Source: Blepharisma stoltei ATCC 30299 (lineage: Eukaryota; Protista; Ciliophora). From it: a DNA stretch of 64,000 nt. Below the pieces are notes generated by a model that worked only from the letters and a program-made list of their open reading frames with translations, searched no databases and had not been told where the DNA came from. Position numbers and translations under genes: made by a program. Numbering within the stretch: position 1 is the stretch's first letter; each line of letters starts with the position of its first letter. The DNA lies in contig CBFDEM010000044.1 of the NCBI GenBank assembly GCA_965603825.1, forward strand, positions 124,001-188,000. The letters run 5' to 3'. This document shows, one piece after another, positions 49,480-59,173 of the stretch.

Positions 49480-49633
49480 GGGTATAGATAAGTATTTAAC
49501 GCCAATTTAATTTATGAGAATTATAATAAGAATAAATAGGATTATATTTTGGAATATGATATAATAGATTGGAAATTGATATTTATTACAGCAACAAAAA
49601 ATGCTTAAGAATACTTTTAAATTTATTAATTTA

Positions 49634-50921
49634 ATGGATTACTACCAGCTTGGCCCAAAAGCCATGGTATCATTTATATTAGGGATCTTCAACATTGCAA
49701 ACATATTTTAAAAAGTTAAAAAGCTCTCATGCGAAAGTTCGCTTTTTATCAAAATTCACACTCCGCTGATTTGTACTTGATACGAATAAAGATATATTTT
49801 ATTACACAAAAAAAGAATCTGATATAAAACAAATTGAAACATATAGTCTACTTGATCTTTTAGACGTTGATCCTAACCCTAAAGTTACTTATGCATCTGA
49901 ATATAAATTTGTGTTTCAAGTAACCTTTTCTTCAAGAAATTTTATGCTTTATTCAAATTCTTTATCAGCACATAGGCAGTGAACTGATATGCTAAAAAGA
50001 TATTTAATACCGACTAGAAAAAATATAAGGGCTCCAAGGGTCTGAAATAAAAGCAATTCTAATGAAAGCCAAGAAGGTGATGATCAGATACTCAATAAAG
50101 CAGTTCAGGAAGAGATGATATCTCAAGATGCATCGTGGAGGCTTGCAACTGAAAGAGGAGAAATTAATGAGCATGAAATAATAACTGAACAGGCGAGAGG
50201 TGAAAATATTAATTACCCTGTAGAAGATTATAAGAGAAATGCTCAAAATGAAGAAGAAACCTGGAGAATTTCAGGCAATGAAAGAGTTTCAAATGAATAT
50301 TATACCTGAAGTATAAATAATCAGCCTAATATTAATTCAAGCAAATGAGTTGCAGAGGAATTTTCTACTTCGAAATCAGAAAATAAAGAAAATAGCCAGA
50401 AATTCGACACAGTCTATGTTTTCCAAGATGCTTCTGAAGAAATTGAAGGTTTTCAAAAAAATAAAATAATTGAAGTCGAAAAAGATCTAAAGAGCACTCT
50501 TCCATTTGTAATTATGCCGACTGTGCCTACAAGCCCAAAAATTCATGAGGAAAAAGTGCTGCCAGTTTCTTTTAAAATTAAATCTGGCATGCTTGATATG
50601 CTTGAAGACATTCAAAGCCTGGGCTTAGAAGATATTGAAATTTCTCCTCCCAGACAAGTATCTTTAAAAAAAGCAGCATCCCAGAAAAACCTTTATTTTG
50701 AAAAGAAAACAATTGAGAACCGCAAATCATCAATAGGCACTCTAAATGAAGTTGCAAGCCAATATCCTGTGGATTCTCCTAAGAATGGACAATGTGGGTG
50801 GATGAATCGCAAGCTGAAGACCAATAGGAATGGTTTTTTTAGTCCTGAAAGAATAGAAGGAAAACTGAAAGCAAGCGGCTCGCAAAAAACGATAAGACCA
50901 GCATTTGTATATAAAAAGTAA
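49634..50921 (+). CDS. PH-domain protein (~423 aa)
   Basis: After a 16-nt intron: YFKKLKS..FTLR-W(TGA)-FVLD..FQVTFSSRNFMLY..HRQ-W(TGA); five TGA in total; in frame with ORFs 50115 and 50514. Confidence 0.8.
49667..49682 (+). other. 16-nt intron GTATCATTTATATTAG
   Basis: Removal puts ATG 49634 in frame with the PH domain; A at position 10. Confidence 0.78.
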
Positions 50922-51536
50922 AGTCAGTAATAACATATTTGCCATTTTTGCTTTAACTAAATTAAGAGTTTTCCATCATTAGCATTTGTTTAAATTTTAT
51001 TAAAGAATTTGGAAGAATATTTTTATTTTCTGCTAAGCATTCACAAAATTGCAGAAGTTACATTAATTTTTATGACTTATCCTATGAAACTGAAGAGTGT
51101 AGCAAGCAAACCTTAAACCTAAACGCAAGATATCACAATACATAAAATTTCGACAATTAATGAAATCAGGGTTACAAAATTATTTCAGATCAGAAATTTA
51201 TTTTTTTACCTCACACCCATAAATAAAGTTCTGCGTGGATATACCATTTCTAGAATTGTCAAAACAATTAATCTACCAAATTTTGGCGAAGTTTTAGACG
51301 GTATTTAAAGCTGAAAACTCAAAAATGCAGCCCAAAATTAAAGGCTTCTTCAATTCCCTCCAAAATTCGTCAAAACCCTCAACTTTTCAATTTCCTCTAC
51401 ACATTCAAGATAACTTCTTCCCTATAAGCCAACTCTAATTTTTTATCTAAAATTCATAATTAATCCTAATAGAATAAATTAAATCAATCATTAATATTGA
51501 CCACGTTGTGGCACCATTTATATATAAAAATTGTCA

Positions 51537-52343
51537 ATGTATAACCTTACACCTATGATAGACCTGATGATCGCTCAGGTTTCCACCTACGCCAAGCACA
51601 TCCACCGCAAGAGCACTCTTGAGGCCAAAATTCGGAACATGTTTTTCCATACAAAAAAGAATTCCCGGATTCCTCCCAAAAAGGAGTACCTACGGTGCCG
51701 TCTTATTCGTGGCCACAAACGTATAAATAGACAGATCAGCAAGAAATCCTTGCCGATTGGTATTTTAAATACCTATGACATCGACGACCCGTCCGCTATC
51801 AAGCTCTGGAACATTCTGGAGACTTGTTACTTCAAAAACCAAGAAGAAATGGATTTCATCAGCAGAACAGAAAGTGGGCCAAAAACAGACGGGATTTCCA
51901 AGCGAAAAGGAAGGATCAAGAATCTAGAAAAGAGCTTCAATTTGTCCTTCTGCAAAAGGTATTTCAGCTCCCCAGCTGTTTTGGAATCCTTCTACTATTA
52001 TATTGAGCTGGTTTTTCTGAAGCTGGAGCCTGAGTTGCTGTGTAAAAAATTCGACTTTCGATGCTGCGAAGGTGAGCATCAGCCAGAGTGCATAGAAAAA
52101 TGACTGATCTTGAAGCATTACGTCAGAGTAATGATGATTGAAGAATTAGGCATAATACCTTTGCAAGAAACTGGACGGTTTCTTCCAAATGTATTTCAGC
52201 CTGAAGGGAAAAGTGAAGAAATAAGTCCAAAGTGTGAGGATAGTGAAGATGGAGGCGAAAGTGAGTCAGCCATGACATGCACGACCGCCATTGATGATCC
52301 TGAAATTTTGAGTGGGCAGCTGGACTCTGTTCAAGATAACTAA
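51537..52343 (+). CDS. Uncharacterised putative DNA-binding protein with KKEYLRCRLIRGHKR motif (~268 aa)
   Basis: Basic helix motif, CCEGEHQPECIEK-W(TGA) Cys/His cluster; ORFs 51531 and 52110 in frame. Confidence 0.72.
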
Positions 52344-52600
52344 GAGATAGTAATCTAATACGTTATCAACTCAATAAATCTCTAATATTGTTTTAATTAT
52401 CATTAAGTAAAACCAATCCTGGTTTTAAGTTGTGTATATCTGTCCATATAATCGTATACTAAGAATTAGAAATTATCATAAAATCATTCAGTCATAGACA
52501 TAGTCAAATCCTAATGAAATTATCATCATAAACCAATCATTCCACAATTAAAACTTAAAAATATGCAGTCAGATTTATCAGTTCCAATCATTCCAGTATA

Positions 52601-53959
52601 TTAATCTTGTTCTAGCTTATTAACGTTTTCAAGTATAATCCTGACAGCACTAGCAATGGAACTTGTGCTTCCTTTAAGGGTACATAGCCTAGCTTTATCT
52701 CCTTCAGGTGTGTCAACCCCCTCATAAGTCTTATGAAAAGTAATGCAGCAGCTGCTCATATCCATCATATTCTTCACTTGTTCTCCTTTCCTTCCAATAA
52801 GCCGGGCAACCAGTTTGTCAGGTACAGTTATGCTTATATTGGATCTATCGTCTCTAGGCTCACGTCTGGGCGAGGGCGAATTTCGTCTCTGAGGCGGGGT
52901 GTCGTAGTTTTTTTCTAAAAATTCAAAAATCATAATGGTGGCGTCTTCTTTGGGAACTGGCGGGCCTTCGATTGCAACAATTACATCGTCATCTCTATCA
53001 GCACGTTTATCAATTAGCACCCTTATCTTTCCACACCTGGAGCGGTATTCTATTTCTTTAAGGGCTGCACTGCCTGAAGAAAGCAGCCTTAATTTTTGGC
53101 TTGGGGTGACCAGCATTTTGACAGAAGGATCATTAAAGCCGTCATTTACCATTGCTTCATCAATTTTTTGGATTATTTTGGGGATTGCTTGGGAAACTCC
53201 GCTTTGGCTGCCTGTAAGGATCTATATAGAAATTACTGCTGTATGCTCGTCATCTCTGAGAGGTCTTCTGTCACCTTTGATAAGTCGTATGTCGACGTCA
53301 AATTCTGATTTGATTCTTTTAGTGAAAAGTCCTCCTTTTCCTATCAAAATTCCAGCACAAGTGCTAGGGACCACAAACCGAACTTGTGAACGTCCTGGAG
53401 AAGGGGCGGGTTTTGACTCAGGGCTGAAATTTCTGTCCCTGATCAGCTGATAAATAGCTTTGGCCGCTGTTTCAATTTCCATTGGCCGTCCGACAATTTT
53501 TACCTGTCGATCAGAAGCTAAGGACTTTTTATCGTAAACGGAAATATTGGTATTGCTTTTTTCTTGTAGATACTTGACCTGTTTTCCACCTTTTCCAATC
53601 AGCAATGACACCATATTTTCAGGGATGAGAATAATGATCCCATCTTCTTTCATTTTATAGTCTCCAATAGCTAAGAAATCATTAATGATTAAATGAAAAG
53701 CTTGGAGCTGCTTGGATAAGTCAACGCTGTACAAGGCAATTATTTTTTCCCGGGTCACCCCATCAGGCTCAAAAATACAAATTTTGTCGATCTTGGACTC
53801 TTCTTTGATGTGGTTAGTGACCTCTGGGTTTATAAAATGGGACACAAGAGACTCAGGAATCAAAAGCATTAACGATAAGTCAGCTGACGGCGAGTTCATA
53901 GGGGAGGGAGATCGAGAACGGGATCGACCTCTTCGCATTCCATTTTCTCTTGAATCCAT
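52601..53959 (-). CDS. Multi-KH-domain RNA-binding protein (PCBP/hnRNP K-like, ~447 aa) with RS-rich N-terminus
   Basis: LLIGKGGKQVK, ILIGKGGLFTK, RLIGRKGEQVK GxxG loops plus two degenerate KH repeats; intron 53222-53236. Confidence 0.9.
53222..53236 (-). other. 15-nt intron GTAATTTCTATATAG
   Basis: In-frame TAG; removal completes the third KH repeat. Confidence 0.88.
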
Positions 53960-54045
53960 TAATTTATAATCATAAGTCTTTTTATTTTCCTATGTAATTT
54001 TCACTATAGCAATTTAAAATAATCACTAATATCATTATTATAAAC

Positions 54046-56280
54046 CTAAATTAATTCGTCATTATTACCTTCCACTGATGACTGCTGGTAATACATTTGC
54101 AAAATCTGTTCTGGGGCTGTTGATTGTTCTGGCTTTTTGTCAGGTCTTAATCTAATGAATCTTGGAAACCTTATGCTGAGACCTTTATCTGGAGCAGCCT
54201 TGCACCATGCACTTGTATGGATTGGGGAAATTGAGATGTCAGCTCCTTTAATTTCCCACACCATTTCAGGCTTGAACCATACATCAATGTTTGTATGAAA
54301 ACTTCTGTAATTTTTAGGCATTCTTGGGACTTCAAAGTCTTTTAAGCTATTAGTCAAAGTCTGCAACAGCTCATCGCTGAACCCAGTGCTTGTTTTGCAT
54401 ACAGTTTGATATTCATCATTTAGCGAATCATAAACAGCTAACAAGTAAGACCCATACACCCCTGCCCTTTTTCCTGTCCCATAAAATGCTCCTATAGGTA
54501 CTAGATCTACAGAATCAGCCATTTTGGAGTCAGACCCAGCGTCTGTAATATAATCTTTTTTCAATTTCAGCCAATTTAATGATCTTTTTGCAGGCTCATA
54601 AGTGGCATTTTCATGGAGAGTTTTTACCATAAGTCCTTCACACCCAATTTTTACTGAGTCCCACAACAAAGTTTCTATGTCTTCAAAAACGCTTACATTT
54701 TTATGAGTCACAAACTGCAGAAGTCCAGGCTCTTCTTTAATTGAGCTTTTTAAATACTCCCTCCTCTGTGAAAGTGGTATATCAATTAGGCTTGCCCCAT
54801 TTAAGTAAAGCATATCAAAAGGGAAAATGCATACTTTTACTTCAATTTGGTTGATATCTACATTTTTCCTTCCTCTGTGCTGGATGTCTTGGAATGGCTT
54901 AATTCTATTTGTGGCTGCATCAAAAGCGACTACTTCTGAGTCCATAATACAGTCTCTTACTACATTAAAATCGATATGGCTTGACAAGAACTGAATTACA
55001 TCAGGGTACATTTCAGTGATATTTTCGGAGTTTCTTGAATAAATATGTATAGTCCTGTCAGCTAAAATATGGATTTGGGCCCTCATCCCGTCATATTTGT
55101 ACTCACATGTAAATTCGATCCCTGTGAATCTTTTTAGGATCTCTTGGATACCTTTGGTAGGCTGGGCAAGCATAGGTTTGACTGGAGTTCCTGGGGTGAT
55201 GTTGCAAAGCTTGGTTATTATAGACAAATCTTCTCCGTCTGGCCCATATTGTAAAACAGCATTAATGATTTTGTCATAATCTGGGCACTCGTTAATGGAT
55301 TTTTTCAAAATATTTTCTACTTCTTCTTCAATTGATTCTGCATTTTTGGCTTTAATTATGGCTGGAGGAAACCCAGCTTGCTTTGGCGGAGTCATTGCGA
55401 TAGCTCTGGCTAAGGCACTTTGCATTGTAAGCTCTGAAGCCCCAATTTTGAGAGATTTCTGAACAATTCTGATAATGTATTTTGCTTCGTCGCTGTCAGC
55501 CTGGTTAAGCAGTCTTACTAATTCGTCTTCTTTTAAGGCTGTTGAGTTCTGGCCTTTTAGGTTGCAAATTTTCCAAAACCCTTCGTAGACGTCTGAGATT
55601 GTGTGGGGAATTGTTTTGGTTTTTTTGGAAAAATAGCTTGTCAGGTTTTTTTGGGTCGCTTTGCCTGTTGCTGCGACTGAGCCAAGGTCTCCTGTAGTAT
55701 TTTCTTGCTGCTTGATTTGTTTGATGCTCAGTCCGGTGGTTCGAGCTACAGCTTTATAGAGAGCTTCATTACCAACTCCAAGCTCGATGCCTTGGTGATC
55801 AGGACAGAATTTTCCTACGCATAAATAAAAGCACTTAACTAAGTGATCAGGGCGAAGGACAATAATTGACCTAAACAAATTAGCAATTACATCTTTTTGA
55901 ATTGTCTTGCTGCTTTTTCCTTTAGAATTCGCTACAAGCTCATATGCATCTACTAGGATTCTGAATGGAGGTGGCTGAAGATATTTGAATTTTGCATCCA
56001 GAATTGGGTCGTATTTATCACTGCTTAATGAATGAGGGTTTTCATTGAGCTCGTAGTCTTGAAAAGCATATTGTGGGAACTCTTGAGTAGGAGGAGGTGA
56101 TATCTCTATCTTTGATTCTTCAGGCTGGAGATTTTCTTGGTTTTCAGGAGTTTCTTCTCTTTTACGCTTCAGTGGTGCTTGTGATTTGTTTTCTTCTTTT
56201 CTTGAAAAATATTTCAGCATAGACTGCTGCCCTATACGAGAGTAAGCAACTTTAAATGTATGTATAAACTTACCTTGCAT
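54046..56280 (-). CDS. LIG1: DNA ligase I (ATP-dependent)
   Basis: CEYKYDGMRAQIH active-site motif, CEGLMVK, WLKLKKDY, RFPRFIRLRPDK; N-terminal PIP box QQSMLKYF. Confidence 0.96.
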   Translation of the reverse strand: MQGKFIHTFKVAYSRIGQQSMLKYFSRKEENKSQAPLKRKREETPENQENLQPEESKIEISPPPTQEFPQYAFQDYELNENPHSLSSDKYDPILDAKFKYLQPPPFRILVDAYELVANSKGKSSKTIQKDVIANLFRSIIVLRPDHLVKCFYLCVGKFCPDHQGIELGVGNEALYKAVARTTGLSIKQIKQQENTTGDLGSVAATGKATQKNLTSYFSKKTKTIPHTISDVYEGFWKICNLKGQNSTALKEDELVRLLNQADSDEAKYIIRIVQKSLKIGASELTMQSALARAIAMTPPKQAGFPPAIIKAKNAESIEEEVENILKKSINECPDYDKIINAVLQYGPDGEDLSIITKLCNITPGTPVKPMLAQPTKGIQEILKRFTGIEFTCEYKYDGMRAQIHILADRTIHIYSRNSENITEMYPDVIQFLSSHIDFNVVRDCIMDSEVVAFDAATNRIKPFQDIQHRGRKNVDINQIEVKVCIFPFDMLYLNGASLIDIPLSQRREYLKSSIKEEPGLLQFVTHKNVSVFEDIETLLWDSVKIGCEGLMVKTLHENATYEPAKRSLNWLKLKKDYITDAGSDSKMADSVDLVPIGAFYGTGKRAGVYGSYLLAVYDSLNDEYQTVCKTSTGFSDELLQTLTNSLKDFEVPRMPKNYRSFHTNIDVWFKPEMVWEIKGADISISPIHTSAWCKAAPDKGLSIRFPRFIRLRPDKKPEQSTAPEQILQMYYQQSSVEGNNDELI

Positions 56281-56385
56281 CCCGCTTTTATTAATATTAT
56301 GGCGCAATTAAAATAATTTTCTAAAAAAGCGCTTTGGTGGTGCTTAATGTAATTAAAGAAAAATAATTAAATAAAAATATAATTA

Positions 56386-57948
56386 TTAAGAAAATTCAAA
56401 TTTATCAGGCACATTTTCAAAATTCACAAAATTATCCTCAAATCCAAAGAAATCCGTCATAATTTCCATCGCAAAATCATAAACCCGCTCATTTCTATAA
56501 CTTTGCAAGTTTTCTAGCGCATTCAAACAGTTAGAATCATCAATTAAGCAGCAAACTTTATTCACATCTTCATGGTTTTTGTCCGCATTAATTTTCCCCA
56601 CCTTTAAAGCTCTTTCCACAAAGCATAGCAAATTAAGTACAACTTGTGAGTCAGAATCAATCAAAACTTCTCCAATTTCAGAAAAAATATTTTTATCATC
56701 TACTAAGACCATTATGTCTTCATTTTTTGCAGTCCTCGAAATATTATAAAATACCCAGCTTGCCTCTAAAACGACATCACTATGTTGGGAGCTTAAAGCC
56801 TTGATGATTTTTCTTATGATAGGATGGGTAATGACGTTGTGTGTATAAGAGTTATTTTCTCCAACAATATTGCTTATTATGTAGCATATATCAAATTTCT
56901 GCGTTGGAGTGATAGATCCTCTGTATAGATCGTATAGACAATCAAGGGTGTCTAACTTTAGGAGTAGCTGGGTTAAATCAAAATAAGACGTATCTCCAAT
57001 CACTTTTACAGCTATTATGGAGTTATCTGATGCAAATTTTGATAGGATTCATCTGAGGATAACTTCGTTTACTAGCTCATTTACACCACTGAGGTCTGAG
57101 GTTAGACAATAATGGAAAATTCATAAAATGACTTCAATTATGCTTGAATCTTCAATATATGTAAACTGGATAATAAAATTTCAAATTCTTTTAAGCAGAT
57201 CAAAAGACTTTAAGCTTGAGGCTATGTTTAGGACACAATAAAATATTCCTTTTAGTAACTCGATATTATTTTCTTGTAGAGCCCATTGTCCATATGGCAT
57301 TAAAAACTCAAAAAATTCATATTTTTTTATCAAAATTTCTTTAAATTCTTTGCAATCCCCTAATATGTTGCTTAATGCATAAAATGAATATTCAGTAGTT
57401 TTTGGTTTTTGCAAAGAGATTGAGTTCATAAGAATTTCAATAAAATTGTTTTTTACAAGCTCTTCAGTCTGATTATGGCTTCCTTTAGTAATCATAACAA
57501 GTGATAAAGCAACTTCAGATGAAATTTCATCAGAATACCCACAATCTAAATACTTTGTTAAAGTTTGTATGCATTCTTTACTAAGCATTTCTTTATAATT
57601 CTCTTCACTTGTTTCGTTTAATATTTTCCTAAATTGTTTTAAATAGATCAAAGTATTATAATCGTTATGTATTATACCCATACTCAATATCAGCGCATTT
57701 AATCTCTCTTGCTGCTTGAGTTTTCCGTAATTTGGGATTAATCCAAAATCATTTTCCTCAATATTTGTGTCTGCAGATTTTAGTCCTCTTTTTTGTGCCA
57801 TATGTTTAATTCTTTTGTCTTTTCGTAAGTTCACAGATAGATTTTCAGCTCTCTTGATAAGTTCATATGAATCGACTTTCATGAAATAGTTGTTTCTATC
57901 TTCTAATCTTCCATAATCGATTTTACCTCCAAAGTTAATATCAGTCAT
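56386..57948 (-). CDS. Divergent importin-alpha-like ARM-repeat protein (~520 aa)
   Basis: IBB-like KRAENLSVNLRKDKRIKHMAQKR, ALSNILGDC, EASWVFYNI, LENLQSYRNERVY..FF; three TGA join two ORFs. Confidence 0.82.
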
Positions 57949-58104
57949 TTTTATTATGAAATTCCAAGATTTTAACCTTTTTAATAATACCCCTATGGAA
58001 AGCTATAATTATTTTACAGATTTTCTCATTTGGTATATTAATTTTTTAAAATTTTGATTAAAGAAAGAAACAGCAATAAAAAAAGCTAATTCATAGAAAC
58101 ATTA

Positions 58105-58662
58105 TTACTTACGAGATTGGCTATTTTTGATACCAATTGCTATTTGTCTGAATAAAGCATCAACGTTTTCTGCACTTTTTGCTGAAGTTTCAATAAATTC
58201 CATCCCATGTTCATCAGCAAATTCTTTTGCTTCCTGCTGATTGACTACTCTTGGCTCCTTATCAATCTTATTTCCAACTAAAAACAACAAACAGCCTGGC
58301 TCATTATTTTGTAGTTCTTTCACCCAGTATCCGCAGCTCTCAAAAGATTTATTAATTGTAATATCATAAACAATAGCTGCAGCTCTTGCACCTTGATAAT
58401 AAATCCTTGTTATTGACCTAAATCTTTCTTGTCCAGCTGTATCCCATACGAATAGCGAAACGCTTTCATTATTTCCTACATCAATTTTGGTTTCTTCGAC
58501 ATTGGCACCAATATTTACGTTCCAAGAATCTTTGAATTCGTGCCTTGTAAATCTATATACTAATGATGATTTTCCTACACCAGAATCTCCGAGAATAACA
58601 ACCTTTGCACTTTCTGGTGGTTTTAAAGGAAGTGGCTTGGGTTTACTGCCTCCACAACCCAT
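58105..58662 (-). CDS. N-acylated Rab GTPase (Rab5b/ARA6-like), no C-terminal Cys
   Basis: Starts MGCGGSK; GDSGVGKS, WDTAGQERF, NKID, ETSAK; ends KNSQSRK. Confidence 0.88.
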   Translation of the reverse strand: MGCGGSKPKPLPLKPPESAKVVILGDSGVGKSSLVYRFTRHEFKDSWNVNIGANVEETKIDVGNNESVSLFVWDTAGQERFRSITRIYYQGARAAAIVYDITINKSFESCGYWVKELQNNEPGCLLFLVGNKIDKEPRVVNQQEAKEFADEHGMEFIETSAKSAENVDALFRQIAIGIKNSQSRK

Positions 58663-58863
58663 TTATAAATTGGTTGAAAAATTAAAAACATAAAAATCTT
58701 CAATAAAAATAAAGAATTCTGTAAATGTGAATAATTTAATTTTGGTATTTTTTAGTAATGATGGTATTTTTATTAAAAAGATCCAAGGATGCAAAATAGA
58801 AAAGTGAGGTAAATTTGACAGCTCGGCAATATAAAATAATCTGTTTATTTTATAAAATAACTT

Positions 58864-58935
58864 GCATCATTAGTCTAGAGGTTAGGATGGTTGCCTTCCA
58901 AGCAGTCGACCCGGGTTCGAGTCCCGGATGATGCA
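58864..58935 (+). tRNA. tRNA-Gly (anticodon TCC)
   Basis: Acceptor GCATCAT/ATGATGC-A, D arm TAGTCTAGAGGTTAGGAT, anticodon arm GTTGC-CTTCCAA-GCAGT, T arm CCGGG-TTCGAGT-CCCGG; 72 nt, no encoded CCA. Confidence 0.95.
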
Positions 58936-58940
58936 TTTTT
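58936..58940 (+). terminator. RNA polymerase III oligo-dT terminator
   Basis: TTTTT directly after the tRNA discriminator base. Confidence 0.75.
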
Positions 58941-59173
58941 ATTATTTAATTTTTATAAGCTTATTATTAATTTTCCCCCTCTCATTTCTAAATAAAGTCA
59001 ATAAAACTGATACCAATTTATCTTAAGTTTGCATAGATAATTAAAAAATTATTCATTTTGGACTGAAAATAACAAAATTTATTTAATTTTCTGTTTTTAT
59101 TGTTTCCAAGTATTTTTAAGCGTTATTTCATTTAATATATCATTTCTTTACAAGGTTTTGCTAATTTGAAAAT

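Noticed and set aside
58864-58935. UGA-decoding (suppressor) tRNA
   Set aside because: The anticodon is TCC (Gly), not TCA or CCA.
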